A stretch of DNA of 64,000 bases, taken from an uncultured Prochlorococcus sp. (lineage in GTDB: Bacteria; Cyanobacteriota; Cyanobacteriia; PCC-6307; Cyanobiaceae). A program made the translations under genes and the position numbers. Below are positions 10,832-21,886 of the stretch, piece by piece. Each line of letters opens with the position of its first letter. The stretch's first letter is position 1. A model generated the notes under the pieces. That model searched no databases. It was given only the letters and a program-made list of their open reading frames with translations, and was not told where the DNA came from. The stretch covers positions 5,611-69,610 of the forward strand of contig CACASR010000004.1 of the NCBI GenBank assembly GCA_902535175.1, given 5' to 3'.

Positions 10832-12907
10832 TCAGGAGTTGCCCTGATTCTTGGAAATGATAGCTTCAGCAACATTACGAGGAACTTCCTCATAATTTGC
10901 GAACTCCATTGAAAATATACCCCGACCTTGAGTCATTGATCGGAGTTGAGTGGCATAACCGAACATTTCGGCTAAGGGCACTTTGGCCTGTACCTTAGAC
11001 AATCCATCATCAACAGATTGTCCTTCTACTTGACCTCTTCTGGAAGAGAGATCACCAATTACAGATCCAAGAAAGTCGTCAGGACTTTCGACCTCAACTT
11101 TCATCATAGGCTCTAAAAGGACAGGATTGCATTTTTTAACCCCATCTTTAAAAGCCATGGAACCTGCAATTTTGAAGGCCATTTCTGATGAGTCTACATC
11201 GTGGAATGAACCATCGACTAGTGTTACTTTTACATCAATGAGTGGATAACCGGCTAGAACACCAGATTCACAGGTCTCTTTCATTCCATTAGATGCAGGA
11301 CCAATATACTCTTTTGGTACAGCTCCACCAACAATTTTGTTTACAAATTCAAAACCTTTACCAACTTCCGCAGGTTCCATTTCAATAATTACATGACCAT
11401 ATTGACCTTTACCACCTGTCTGTCTTGCATATTTACCCTCACCTTTTGAACTAGTCCTAATAGTTTCTCTATATGAAACCTGTGGAGCTCCTATATTTGC
11501 TTCAACTTTGAATTCCCTTAACATTCTGTCAACAAGGATTTCTAAGTGCAACTCACCCATGCCTGCAATAACAGTTTGATTTGTCTCAGGGTCTGTACTT
11601 ACTCTAAAGGTTGGATCCTCTTCAGACAAAGCAGTTAAAGCTTTTGATAATTTTTCCATATCGCCTTTAGTTTTTGGCTCGACAGCTACTGATATAACTG
11701 GTTCTGGAATAAACAATGTCTCTAAAACTATTGGATCTTCTGTGTTACACAATGTGTCACCAGTTGTTGTGTTCTTAAGACCTAATACAGCTCCTAAATC
11801 TCCAGCCCTCAATTCATCAACTTCCTCTCTTTCGTCAGCCTTAAGAATCACTAGTCTAGAAATTCTCTCTTTAGAGTCCTTAGTAGAATTCATTACATAA
11901 CTTCCTTTTGAAAGAACACCTGAATACATTCTTACAAAAGTTAATTTCCCATAGGGATCTGACATCACTTTGAATGCTAATGCACTGAAAGGAGCATTAT
12001 CATCTGAAGGCCTAACATCTTCTTTGCCACTTGGTAAAACACCTTGTATTGGTTTCACATCAACTGGAGCTGGCAAGTAATCAACTACAGCGTCTAATAC
12101 AAGTTGAACACCTTTATTCTTAAAAGCTGAGCCACATAATACTGGAACCAATCCATGTTTTAAAACCCCTTCCCTAATACCTTTTTTAAGTTGTTCTTCA
12201 GATAATTCTTCTGTCTCAAGAAATATTTCTATTAACTCTTCATCATTTTCTGCAACACTTTCCATTAACTTAAATCTCCACTCAGCAGCTTCCTCCTCCA
12301 TTTCAGATGGAATAGGTGCTTCTTCAATATCAGTACCTAAATCGTTTTTGTAAAGATATGCTTTGTTCGCTACTAAATCAATAATGCCTGAAAGATCACC
12401 TTCAGCACCAATAGGTAACTGAATTGGAAGTGCATTTGCCTTTAGTCGATCTTTAATTTGCTTATTAACCTTTAAAAAATCTGCACCAGTTCTGTCCATC
12501 TTATTAACAAAAACCATTCTTGGAACAGAGTATCTATCTGCTTGCCGCCAAACTGTTTCGGATTGAGGCTGAACTCCACCAACTGCGCAAAATACAGCTA
12601 TAACTCCATCCAACACACGCATTGATCTTTCAACTTCAATTGTAAAGTCAACGTGTCCAGGAGTATCAATAATATTAATCCTATGATCTTGCCAACTAGT
12701 AGATATTGCAGCAGCAGTAATAGTTATTCCTCTTTCTCTTTCCTGAGCCATCCAATCTGTTACAGCAGCACCATCATGAACCTCTCCTATCTTATGAACT
12801 ACACCTGAATAAAATAAAATTCTCTCAGTTGTTGTTGTCTTACCTGCATCGATATGAGCGGCTATACCTATATTCCTTACTCGTTCTAGGGGAAAGTCGC
12901 GTGCCAA
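10832..12907 (-). CDS. fusA: Elongation factor G
   Basis: [21 protein letters not shown]; 691 aa. Confidence 0.99.
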   Translation of the reverse strand: MARDFPLERVRNIGIAAHIDAGKTTTTERILFYSGVVHKIGEVHDGAAVTDWMAQERERGITITAAAISTSWQDHRINIIDTPGHVDFTIEVERSMRVLDGVIAVFCAVGGVQPQSETVWRQADRYSVPRMVFVNKMDRTGADFLKVNKQIKDRLKANALPIQLPIGAEGDLSGIIDLVANKAYLYKNDLGTDIEEAPIPSEMEEEAAEWRFKLMESVAENDEELIEIFLETEELSEEQLKKGIREGVLKHGLVPVLCGSAFKNKGVQLVLDAVVDYLPAPVDVKPIQGVLPSGKEDVRPSDDNAPFSALAFKVMSDPYGKLTFVRMYSGVLSKGSYVMNSTKDSKERISRLVILKADEREEVDELRAGDLGAVLGLKNTTTGDTLCNTEDPIVLETLFIPEPVISVAVEPKTKGDMEKLSKALTALSEEDPTFRVSTDPETNQTVIAGMGELHLEILVDRMLREFKVEANIGAPQVSYRETIRTSSKGEGKYARQTGGKGQYGHVIIEMEPAEVGKGFEFVNKIVGGAVPKEYIGPASNGMKETCESGVLAGYPLIDVKVTLVDGSFHDVDSSEMAFKIAGSMAFKDGVKKCNPVLLEPMMKVEVESPDDFLGSVIGDLSSRRGQVEGQSVDDGLSKVQAKVPLAEMFGYATQLRSMTQGRGIFSMEFANYEEVPRNVAEAIISKNQGNS

Positions 12908-13004
12908 TTTTAAAGCTCCAAATAAAATAATTTTTGATAAGTGTAGTTCACCCTAAAAGTAAACTTTAATAATAATAAACTACTTAAGTACCTTTTGATG
13001 AAAT

Positions 13005-13475
13005 TTAGTATCTGTAATGTGCAAAAGCTTTATTAGCTTCTGCCATTTTATGAGTATCTTCTCTTTTTTTAACTGCACTCCCAGTTTCATTTGCTGCGTC
13101 CATCAGCTCGCCAGCAAGTTTTTGGGACATGCTTTTGCCATTTCTTGCACGTGAGAATGTAACTAGCCATCTTAATGCCATAGCCGTACCCCTTTCTTGG
13201 CGAACTTCCATAGGTACTTGATATGTTGCACCACCAACTCTTCTAGCTCGTACCTCAACAAGAGGAGTAGCATTTTTTACAGCTGTTTCAAATAATTCAA
13301 CTGCATTCCCACCTGTTCTCTCGCTTATAAGAGAAAACGCATCAGACAATATTCTTTGAGCTGTAGATTTTTTGCCATGTTTCATCAATCGAGAAATCAT
13401 CATTGAAGCAAGACGACTATTAAATTGAGGATCGGGAAGAACTGTTCTTTTTACCGCGGCATTACGACGTGACAT
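13005..13475 (-). CDS. rpsG: 30S ribosomal protein S7
   Basis: [25 protein letters not shown]. Confidence 0.99.
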   Translation of the reverse strand: MSRRNAAVKRTVLPDPQFNSRLASMMISRLMKHGKKSTAQRILSDAFSLISERTGGNAVELFETAVKNATPLVEVRARRVGGATYQVPMEVRQERGTAMALRWLVTFSRARNGKSMSQKLAGELMDAANETGSAVKKREDTHKMAEANKAFAHYRY

Positions 13476-13500
13476 GTTTTAAAAAAGTAGTGTTTACAAA

Positions 13501-13875
13501 TTAATCTTTAGGAACTTTTGCTCCATACTTAGATCTGGATTGACGTCTATCTTTGACTCCAGACGTATCTAAAGTTCCTCTTATTATATGATATCTAACT
13601 CCTGGTAAATCCTTGACTCTTCCACCCCTAAGTAAAACTACAGAATGTTCTTGCAAATTATGTCCAATTCCAGGAATATAAGCAGTTACTTCGAAACCAG
13701 AAGTTAATCTAACCCTAGCAACTTTTCTCAAGGCTGAATTAGGCTTCTTTGGTGTTGATGTATAAACTCTTGTACATACCCCTCTTCTCTCAGGGCAAGC
13801 TTTTAATGCAGGAGATTTTGTTTTCTTAGTCAGACGTTTTCTTTCTGAACTTACTAATTGTGAGATGGTGGGCAT
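13501..13875 (-). CDS. rpsL: 30S ribosomal protein S12
   Basis: [23 protein letters not shown]. Confidence 0.99.
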   Translation of the reverse strand: MPTISQLVSSERKRLTKKTKSPALKACPERRGVCTRVYTSTPKKPNSALRKVARVRLTSGFEVTAYIPGIGHNLQEHSVVLLRGGRVKDLPGVRYHIIRGTLDTSGVKDRRQSRSKYGAKVPKD

Positions 13876-14070
13876 CTATTAAACTTAAATAAAAATAAAC
13901 ATTTAATCATCATAACCTTTTGAGAGTACCAACTAAAAGTTTTTAATCATATTTTTTTTAAAATTTGTCAAATTAAATTTCTTTGGTAAATATTCATTAT
14001 TTTTAGATTTATTTTCATATTTATTTTTATAATAGAAATACATAAATAACTTAATAGAATTAAATAATCT

Positions 14071-17000
14071 ATGGGAGAGAGTATCAAAAGAATCGTTGGC
14101 CCATATCAAGATAGTTATTCCCCAAATGGAATAATTGGGGAGAAAGATGCGTGTGGAGTTGGTTTTGTAGCACATGTTAAAGGTATAGAAAGCAACTGGA
14201 TCCTTAAACAATCACTTAAGGGCCTTAACTGCATGGAGCATAGAGGAGGTTGTGGGGGAGATAGTGACTCTGGAGATGGGGCAGGTATTTTATGTTCAAT
14301 TCCTTGGAATTTTTTAGAAAAAGAAGTTAATCTCAACAAGAATAAAGAATACGATAAAGGTTTAGGCATGGTTTTTATGCCTAATAAAAAAGAGAAAATT
14401 GAAGTATGTAAATCAATATGTGATCAAGAAGCAGAAAAATTAAAAGTTAACGAAACATCTTGGAGAACAGTACCTGTTAATAATGAAATATTAGGTCCTT
14501 TAGCTAAAGCAAATGCTCCATTCATCTGTCAGTGGATTATATATATAGATAAAAAAGATCATCAGGATGTTGAAAGGCTTTTATTTCAATTAAGGAAAAG
14601 AATTGAAAAAAAAATAAGAGAAACTTTCAAAAACCATGTTGGGGATTGTGAATTTTATTTTGCCTCACTAAGTTCTCAAACAGTTGTTTATAAAGGTATG
14701 GTTCGCTCTGAAATATTATCCGAGTTTTATAAAGATCTAAAAGAAGAGAGTTTTAAAGTTTCATTTTCTGTTTATCATCGTAGATTTAGTACCAATACAC
14801 TTCCAAAATGGCCATTAGCTCAACCCATGAGATTTTTGGGTCATAATGGAGAAATCAACACTCTTTTAGGGAATATTAATTGGGCTAAAGCTTCAGAAAC
14901 ACACATAGATGATTTTTGGGGAGAGTTATCTAATGAAATAAAGCCAATCGTAGATATCAATAAAAGTGATTCATCAAATCTTGATGCAACTCTTGAAATC
15001 AATATTCGTTCAGGTCAGCCTATTACTGACTCATTATTAAAACTTGTTCCTGAAGCATTTAGAGATCAACCAGAACTTGAGCAAAGAGAAGATATAAAAT
15101 CTTTTTATGAATATTCTGCAAGCTTACAAGAAGCTTGGGATGGTCCAGCACTCATTGTATTTGCTGATGGAAATTTTGTCGGAGCAACGCTTGATAGAAA
15201 TGGCTTAAGACCAGCAAGATATTCAATTACAAATGATGGTTTTGTAATAATGGGTTCTGAAACAGGAGTGGTAGATCTTGAAGAAGAAAGAGTAATAGAA
15301 AAAGGTCGATTAGGACCGGGACAAATGTTGGCAGTTGATTTTCATCAAAGTAGAATCCTAAGAAATTGGGAGGTAAAATCTGAAGCAGCTCAAAGGCATG
15401 ATTATAAAAATCTACTTAATAAGAGAACCATAAAAATAGAAAATAATGAATGGATTCAAGACTGCAAACTAAAAGATCTCGAGTTGTTACAACAACAAAC
15501 TGCATACGGGTTTTCAGCGGAAGATAATGATCTTATCTTAGATTCAATGGCTTCATTAGCTAAAGAGCCTACTTATTGCATGGGCGACGATATCCCATTA
15601 GCAGTGCTTTCATCAAAACCACATATTTTATACGACTATTTCAAGCAAAGATTTGCTCAGGTAACCAATCCTCCTATAGATCCTCTTCGTGAAAAACTTG
15701 TGATGAGTCTTGAAATGCATCTTGGAGAAAGATGTTCACCATTTGAGATTAAAGATCTTAAACCTTTTGTTCATTTACAGAGTCCAATTCTTAATGAAGA
15801 AGAACTGATTTCAATTAAAAAATCAAAAATTAAATCTCAAACAATTTCAACCTTGTATGAAATCGACCAAGGAATTAGAGGATTTGAAGGTAAATTAAAT
15901 GATATTTGCGAGCAAAGTGAAAAAGCAGTTAATAATGGATGCGCTTTAATCATTATTTCTGATAAAGGAGTAAGCTCAACAAAAAGTTTTATTCCTCCTC
16001 TCTTAGCTGTAGGTGCAATTCATCATTATCTTCTTAAAAAAGAAACAAGATTAAAAGCCTCACTAATAATTGAGACTGGTCAATGTTGGAGTACACATCA
16101 TTTAGCATGCCTGATTGGATATGGAGTTAGTGCTGTTTGCCCTTGGCTAATATTTGAATCAGGGAGACATTGGTTAAAGCATCCTAAGACTCAAAAACTC
16201 ATAGATAGTAAAAAAGTTGATTCATTATCAAATGATAATGTTCAGGCCAACATTAAAAAAGCTTTAGAGGATGGCTTAAGGAAAATACTCTCTAAGATAG
16301 GCATCTCACTTCTTTCTAGTTACCACGGAGCTCAGATTTTTGAGGCGGTAGGTTTAGGCTCTGATTTAATCAATCTTGGTTTCGACGGGACAACAAGTCG
16401 AATTGCTGGAATCACTTTAGAAGAATTAGCAAATGAATCAATTTCAATTCACACAAAAGCTTATCCAGAAATTGACCTGAAAAAACTCGAATTTTTAGGA
16501 TTTGTGCAATTCAGAAATTATGGAGAATATCACTCAAATAATCCTGAAATGTCAAAGGTACTCCATTCTGCAGTAAAACAAGGACCAGGTTATGACCACT
16601 TCAAATTGTATAAAGAACTGATTAGTAAGAGACCAATAACTGCTCTGAGAGACTTACTAACAATAGATTCTGATAGAGAAAGCATACCAATAAGTGAAGT
16701 TGAAAGTGTTGAATCAATTTGCAAACGTTTTTGTACAGGAGGAATGAGTTTAGGTGCTTTATCAAGAGAGGCGCATGAAGTTTTAGCAGTTGCAATGAAT
16801 AGAATTGGTGGAAAAAGTAATAGTGGTGAAGGGGGAGAAGATCCAGCTCGTTTTAATGTTTTAAATGATATTGATGAAAATACTCAATCAGCAACTTTAC
16901 CATTTATAAAAGGCCTAGAAAATGGAGATACGGCTTGCTCTGCTATTAAGCAAATCGCCTCAGGAAGATTTGGAGTTACCCCTGAATATCTTCGAAGTGG

Positions 17001-18645
17001 TAAACAACTTGAAATTAAAATGGCCCAAGGTGCAAAGCCAGGGGAAGGTGGGCAACTTCCTGGTCCAAAAGTCGATTCCTACATAGCAAAGCTCAGGAAT
17101 AGTAAGCCAGGCGTGGCTTTAATTTCTCCTCCTCCTCATCATGATATTTACTCAATTGAAGATTTAGCACAACTTATTCATGATCTTCACCAAGTTCATC
17201 CTAAAGCAAAAGTAAGTGTGAAACTTGTTTCTGAAATTGGTATTGGAACTATAGCTGCAGGTGTAAGTAAAGCAAACGCAGATGTTATACAAATCTCTGG
17301 CCATGATGGAGGAACAGGTGCCTCTCCATTGAGCTCCATTAAGCACGCTGGATTACCTTGGGAACTTGGTTTAGCAGAGGTACATAAATCTCTTCTTGAA
17401 AATAATCTGCGCGAAAGAGTACTTTTAAGAACAGACGGTGGGCTTAAAACAGGATGGGATGTAGTCATTGCTGCTCTTTTGGGCGCAGAAGAATATGGAT
17501 TTGGATCAGTAGCAATGATTGCTGAAGGATGCGTTATGGCACGAGTTTGCCATAAAAATACTTGTCCGGTTGGCGTAGCAACACAAAAAGAAGAATTAAG
17601 AAAAAGGTTCAAAGGTTTACCAGATAACGTTGTTAACTTTTTTATCTACATTGCTGAAGAAATAAGACAAATATTGAGTACCATTGGTGTCAAAACAATG
17701 GAAGAATTAATTGGTAACAAAGAATTTCTGACCACAAGAAATATCAGTCTGCCTAAAACAGCAAATATCGATCTAACTTCTCTTGTTTACACTGAAATTA
17801 GCCATGAAGATAGATCATGGATAAAACATTCAAATAATGCTCATAGTAATGGAATTGTATTGGAAGACTCGATTTTAAAGGATGAGCAATTCATAAATGC
17901 GCTCACTACTCATGGAGAATTTAGTAAAAAAATTGAAATCAAAAATACTGATAGAAGTGTTTGTGCAAAAATTTCTGGAGAGCTTGCTCAGCATTATGGC
18001 AATAAGGGCTTTAATGGCGGGATTAATCTAATTTTTAAAGGTCATGCAGGTCAAAGCTTTGGAGCCTTTTTATTAAAAGGAATGATTATTAAATTAATTG
18101 GAGAAGCAAATGATTATGTATGCAAGGGGATGAATGGAGGAATGCTAACCATAATTCCGCCCAGAATAGATAAGAATTCATCGGAGCAAGTCATTTTGGG
18201 CAATACTTGTCTATATGGCGCCACGGGAGGAAAATTATATGCGTTGGGTAAATCAGGTGAAAGGTTTGCCGTAAGAAATAGTGGAGCAGTAGCAGTAACT
18301 GAAGGTGCAGGAGATCATTGCTGTGAATATATGACAGGAGGCAAAATTGTAATTCTTGGTTCTATAGGAAGAAATATCGGAGCAGGAATGACTGGGGGAG
18401 TAGCATTTATACTTGATGAAAAAAATGATGTAGAGAAAAAGGTAAATAGAGAAATAGTAAGTATCTATGAAATTAACACCCCAAAACAAGAACAAATTTT
18501 ATTAGGAATAATTAAAGATTATCATCACAAAACGCAGAGTCCTAAAGCAGCTAATCTTCTTAAAGATTGGAGTAATTTTAAAACTTTATTTAAAGTAATC
18601 GTACCTCCCAGTGAAGAAGAAATGCTTGGATTAAATAATCAATAA
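14071..18645 (+). CDS. glsF: Ferredoxin-dependent glutamate synthase (Fd-GOGAT)
   Basis: EKDA-CGVGF amidotransferase start, HNGEINT, KMAQGAKPGEGGQLPG, 3Fe-4S motif CVMARVCHKNTCPVG, GXGXG C-terminal domain. Confidence 0.97.
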   Translation: MGESIKRIVGPYQDSYSPNGIIGEKDACGVGFVAHVKGIESNWILKQSLKGLNCMEHRGGCGGDSDSGDGAGILCSIPWNFLEKEVNLNKNKEYDKGLGMVFMPNKKEKIEVCKSICDQEAEKLKVNETSWRTVPVNNEILGPLAKANAPFICQWIIYIDKKDHQDVERLLFQLRKRIEKKIRETFKNHVGDCEFYFASLSSQTVVYKGMVRSEILSEFYKDLKEESFKVSFSVYHRRFSTNTLPKWPLAQPMRFLGHNGEINTLLGNINWAKASETHIDDFWGELSNEIKPIVDINKSDSSNLDATLEINIRSGQPITDSLLKLVPEAFRDQPELEQREDIKSFYEYSASLQEAWDGPALIVFADGNFVGATLDRNGLRPARYSITNDGFVIMGSETGVVDLEEERVIEKGRLGPGQMLAVDFHQSRILRNWEVKSEAAQRHDYKNLLNKRTIKIENNEWIQDCKLKDLELLQQQTAYGFSAEDNDLILDSMASLAKEPTYCMGDDIPLAVLSSKPHILYDYFKQRFAQVTNPPIDPLREKLVMSLEMHLGERCSPFEIKDLKPFVHLQSPILNEEELISIKKSKIKSQTISTLYEIDQGIRGFEGKLNDICEQSEKAVNNGCALIIISDKGVSSTKSFIPPLLAVGAIHHYLLKKETRLKASLIIETGQCWSTHHLACLIGYGVSAVCPWLIFESGRHWLKHPKTQKLIDSKKVDSLSNDNVQANIKKALEDGLRKILSKIGISLLSSYHGAQIFEAVGLGSDLINLGFDGTTSRIAGITLEELANESISIHTKAYPEIDLKKLEFLGFVQFRNYGEYHSNNPEMSKVLHSAVKQGPGYDHFKLYKELISKRPITALRDLLTIDSDRESIPISEVESVESICKRFCTGGMSLGALSREAHEVLAVAMNRIGGKSNSGEGGEDPARFNVLNDIDENTQSATLPFIKGLENGDTACSAIKQIASGRFGVTPEYLRSGKQLEIKMAQGAKPGEGGQLPGPKVDSYIAKLRNSKPGVALISPPPHHDIYSIEDLAQLIHDLHQVHPKAKVSVKLVSEIGIGTIAAGVSKANADVIQISGHDGGTGASPLSSIKHAGLPWELGLAEVHKSLLENNLRERVLLRTDGGLKTGWDVVIAALLGAEEYGFGSVAMIAEGCVMARVCHKNTCPVGVATQKEELRKRFKGLPDNVVNFFIYIAEEIRQILSTIGVKTMEELIGNKEFLTTRNISLPKTANIDLTSLVYTEISHEDRSWIKHSNNAHSNGIVLEDSILKDEQFINALTTHGEFSKKIEIKNTDRSVCAKISGELAQHYGNKGFNGGINLIFKGHAGQSFGAFLLKGMIIKLIGEANDYVCKGMNGGMLTIIPPRIDKNSSEQVILGNTCLYGATGGKLYALGKSGERFAVRNSGAVAVTEGAGDHCCEYMTGGKIVILGSIGRNIGAGMTGGVAFILDEKNDVEKKVNREIVSIYEINTPKQEQILLGIIKDYHHKTQSPKAANLLKDWSNFKTLFKVIVPPSEEEMLGLNNQ

Positions 18646-18936
18646 ATGCCGATTTTTGTAAAAACAGAGATTATTAAAAAGGAATTTATGAGTAAAAACA
18701 AATTAAAAAAGAAATTAATAGATAAGCATAAATTGTGGATAAGAGAATTAAAAAAAGCTGGAGTTAATATAAAAAGTGGCTTTTTAGTAAATGAAATTAA
18801 GGAACCTGGAGCCGGTGGTCTCTTGATAATAGAAGTAAACACTTATGAAGAGGCATTAAAAATAATTAAGGAAGATCCAATGATTAAAAATAAAATTGTT
18901 AATTGGAAATTAAATGAATGGATTGACATTACTTAA
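18646..18936 (+). CDS. YciI family protein
   Basis: H..W, SGFL, GGLLII, DPMI pattern; abuts the glsF stop. Confidence 0.75.
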   Translation: MPIFVKTEIIKKEFMSKNKLKKKLIDKHKLWIRELKKAGVNIKSGFLVNEIKEPGAGGLLIIEVNTYEEALKIIKEDPMIKNKIVNWKLNEWIDIT

Positions 18937-18947
18937 GAAGAATGAGC

Positions 18948-19841
18948 TTATCTTGGATATTTTTTCATTAATTTTTGAATCTCCTCAGCATGATAACTAC
19001 TTCGGGTTAAAGGAGAACTTACTACTTGCATAAAACCAAGATTATCTTCTCCAAACAATTTGAAGAAATTAAATTTTGAAGGACTTACAAATCTTTGGAC
19101 AGGTAAATGTTTTGGACCTGGAGATAAATATTGACCAATAGTAACTATATCTACAAAATGATTTTTTAAATCAGCAAGAAGATTTAAAACCTCATGATCA
19201 CTTTCTCCTAATCCCAACATAAAACCCGATTTTGTATAGACACTAGGAAAATATTCTCTTGTGCGTTTCAGTAAATCTAAAGTTCTTTGATAATTACCTT
19301 GAGGCCTTACTTTCCTATATAAACCTTTTACAGTTTCAATATTATGATTCAGAACATTTGGTTTTGAATCTAAAACCAATTCAAGCGCTTGCCAGTTGCC
19401 ACATAAATCAGGAATTAATAGTTCAATAGTTGTCTCTGGAGATTTTTTTCTTACTTCCGAAACGCATTGAAAAAACTGTGATGCCCCTCCATCATCAAGA
19501 TCATCTCTATTTACTGATGTAATAACTACGTGTTTGAGATTCATCCTAGAAACAGCCTCTGCCAAACGATAGGGTTCGGTTGGGTCCAAAACTCTTTTAG
19601 ATCTATCAAAATTAATATCGCAATACGGACATGCTCTAGTACAACCAGGACCCATGATTAAAAAAGTCGCAGTCCCACTTGCAAAACATTCTCCAATATT
19701 TGGACAACTTGCTTCCTGACAAACCGTATTTAATTTTAAATCACTTAATAAATTTGCGGTATTACCTATCCTCTCAAATTGAGGAGCCTTTACCCTTAAC
19801 CACTCTGGTTTTGTTACCGCATTTTTGGAAATACTTGTCAA
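18948..19841 (-). CDS. lipA: Lipoyl synthase
   Basis: [12 protein letters not shown] and CTRACPYC cluster motifs, RSSYHA. Confidence 0.97.
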   Translation of the reverse strand: MTSISKNAVTKPEWLRVKAPQFERIGNTANLLSDLKLNTVCQEASCPNIGECFASGTATFLIMGPGCTRACPYCDINFDRSKRVLDPTEPYRLAEAVSRMNLKHVVITSVNRDDLDDGGASQFFQCVSEVRKKSPETTIELLIPDLCGNWQALELVLDSKPNVLNHNIETVKGLYRKVRPQGNYQRTLDLLKRTREYFPSVYTKSGFMLGLGESDHEVLNLLADLKNHFVDIVTIGQYLSPGPKHLPVQRFVSPSKFNFFKLFGEDNLGFMQVVSSPLTRSSYHAEEIQKLMKKYPR

Positions 19842-19968
19842 ATTACTTTATCGGCTTCGTCTAAATAAATTTTAATCAAAATTTCGTTTTTTTACTATTT
19901 AAATTTATTTGTAATAGAAGAGATATTGTTCATTAATCTAATTTTAAATAACTAACTTAGAAATCTTG

Positions 19969-19994
19969 ATGTTCTATAATCAATAATAGAACAT
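19969..19994. promoter_or_regulatory. Inverted-repeat operator candidate overlapping a TATAAT in the lipA/resolvase divergent region
   Basis: ATGTTCTAT-N8-ATAGAACAT (9-bp perfect arms); TATAAT at 19975-19980. Confidence 0.45.
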
Positions 19995-20140
19995 TTTCTA
20001 GAATGTATTTTTTAGAACAGTTAAAAAACATTAAATAGGTTTCAAAAAACAGACTAAAGAAGTTTTGATTAGCTTTTTTGTTCTATTTAGTGTTTTTTTT
20101 TAAAGTATTTGATACAGTAAAAAATATATCTTTAAATACT

Positions 20141-20764
20141 TTGACTTTTCAATTCAAAAGAAAGGGATCTCTTTTATCTGAGAAGACTAAAAAGAAAAAA
20201 TCTATAGGATATGCTAGAGCAATTGATAATGAAATTTTTTACCTAGAAGAACAAATACAATTCTTAAAAGATGAAGGTTGCAATTTAATCTTTTCTGAAC
20301 TCTTAAGTCTTGACGCAGAAATAAAGCCCGAATTCCAAAAAGCTTTAAAAGCTACATCCAAAGGTGATGAATTAGTAGTAACGAAACTCGATCGGGCATT
20401 TGCTAATAAAAATGAATGTGTAAGAGTAATAAACAAACTTTTAAATCAAGATGTCCAGTTAAGAACTTTATCTGGATTTTTTACCGATAAATATTCTCCA
20501 AATACATCATCCTTAGTTTTTAATATTTTATGTGAATTAAATAATTTAGATAATGAGTGCCTTAAAGAAAGAAAAAAAGAAAACGTTTTAAAAAGAAGAT
20601 TTAATGGGAATAATTTAGGAGGTAGGCCCAAGATAAGTCCCTTAAAGGAATCTCTAGTAATCAGATTGCGTGACGAAGGCTATTCATATCGATCAATCAG
20701 AGCACAAACAGGAATAGCATTATCAACCATTAGAAGGGTAATCTTAGATGGAGAAAGCAAATAA
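20141..20764 (+). CDS. Serine recombinase (resolvase/invertase) family protein with C-terminal HTH, apparently catalytically degenerate
   Basis: IGYAR, GDELVVTKLDR, GGRP hinge and HTH (GYSYRSIRAQTGIALSTIRR); catalytic Ser replaced; in-frame TTG at 20141 preferred over ORF-track start 20078. Confidence 0.85.
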   Translation: MTFQFKRKGSLLSEKTKKKKSIGYARAIDNEIFYLEEQIQFLKDEGCNLIFSELLSLDAEIKPEFQKALKATSKGDELVVTKLDRAFANKNECVRVINKLLNQDVQLRTLSGFFTDKYSPNTSSLVFNILCELNNLDNECLKERKKENVLKRRFNGNNLGGRPKISPLKESLVIRLRDEGYSYRSIRAQTGIALSTIRRVILDGESK

Positions 20765-20765
20765 T

Positions 20766-20978
20766 ATGAATAAAAAGGAACTTGAAAATCTTATTAAAGA
20801 AAATTTTAAAGATACAGCATTGCGTATTTATGAATTAGATAATGAAGATCGAAAAAGTTTATTAGCAGAATATAGAGAATGGATTATGAATGATTCAAAT
20901 TTTGAAGAAGTAATGATGTTACCTTATGAAGCATATACTGACAAATTAGATTCAAATTACTTAGACGATTTAATTTAG
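20766..20978 (+). CDS. Small acidic hypothetical protein
   Basis: ATG two bases after the resolvase stop (alternative start 20748); D/E-rich, about 70 aa. Confidence 0.6.
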   Translation: MNKKELENLIKENFKDTALRIYELDNEDRKSLLAEYREWIMNDSNFEEVMMLPYEAYTDKLDSNYLDDLI

Positions 20979-20980
20979 GC

Positions 20981-21883
20981 CTAAATATTATATCTTTTAT
21001 TAAATTCATATACTTCTTTTGATATTGATGGTAAGAAGGAAGTATCTTTAGAATATTTTTCTCCATTACAAAAAACAACTAATAATGTGTTTAGAGATTG
21101 ACTATGAGTCCACCAAGCAGCATCATGTCTAACTTCAGACATTAAGCCTGCTTTACTCCAAAAATTAATGCTTTCTGGTAATCCTTCACCCAAAAAACCA
21201 TCTATTTGATTAAGAGAATCATTTTTAAGAACAACTTTATTTAAATTTCTTTTTAAAAAACTTCGTAAATTTAAGTCATTTTTTTGATAATCAATATGAA
21301 TCATAATTTCCTCCAAAACCCTTGCAGCTGAATCAGAATTCATAGCGTTTCGATTTTTATTGTCATGCCCATAAAATTCTTTTTCACGGCCATATGGTCC
21401 ATCATCCCAGGTCTTCTGACAGCAATTAATACCACTCAGTTCCTCCCAATGTAAATCATGTAGCCAATCATTTATTATACTTCTTTGATATTTCCAATTT
21501 TCCCATAATTCCCCTTCAATACAAGGTCCACTTGTTGTTCCTGTAAGTAAATCAATTAAGAAGCTTGTTGCATTATTACTTGAGAAAGAAAGCATTTTTC
21601 TTGCAGCATCATTAAGTTCATCTGACAATAATAAACTTCCTTTTTTAATCCAATAAAATGCGGCAAGACCATAAACCAACTTGACTATGCTGGCAGGGTA
21701 AACCATTTTTTTATTATTAATACCAGTTCCAAAACCTTTAAATAAACTGTTATTTTCACTTTTATAATTAATCCAAGTTATGGCAATATCTTCTCTTGAA
21801 AAATCTTTATTATAAGTAAATGCTCTCCCTAAAATATCATTTAGGGCTAAACCCATCTCTTTACTTAAATGGTAAAAGGACAT
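20981..21883 (-). CDS. Class A beta-lactamase-like serine hydrolase
   Basis: SxxK (PASIVK), SxN (SSN), KTG-like (SKAG), RHDAA. Confidence 0.85.
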   Translation of the reverse strand: MSFYHLSKEMGLALNDILGRAFTYNKDFSREDIAITWINYKSENNSLFKGFGTGINNKKMVYPASIVKLVYGLAAFYWIKKGSLLLSDELNDAARKMLSFSSNNATSFLIDLLTGTTSGPCIEGELWENWKYQRSIINDWLHDLHWEELSGINCCQKTWDDGPYGREKEFYGHDNKNRNAMNSDSAARVLEEIMIHIDYQKNDLNLRSFLKRNLNKVVLKNDSLNQIDGFLGEGLPESINFWSKAGLMSEVRHDAAWWTHSQSLNTLLVVFCNGEKYSKDTSFLPSISKEVYEFNKRYNI

Positions 21884-21886
21884 TGT

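Noticed and set aside
13501-13875. Possible streptomycin-resistance changes in S12
   Set aside because: The PKKPNS and RVKDLPG motifs are wild type.
13876-14070. NtcA box upstream of glsF
   Set aside because: No GTA-N8-TAC match found by eye.
13933-14211. 92-aa minus-strand ORF spanning the rpsL/glsF spacer
   Set aside because: Overlaps the glsF start; the rest is low-complexity translation of an AT-rich promoter region.
19860-20978. Resolvase locus as an active transposon or invertible element
   Set aside because: No transposase, terminal repeats, target duplication or second distant recombination site seen, and catalytic residues are missing.
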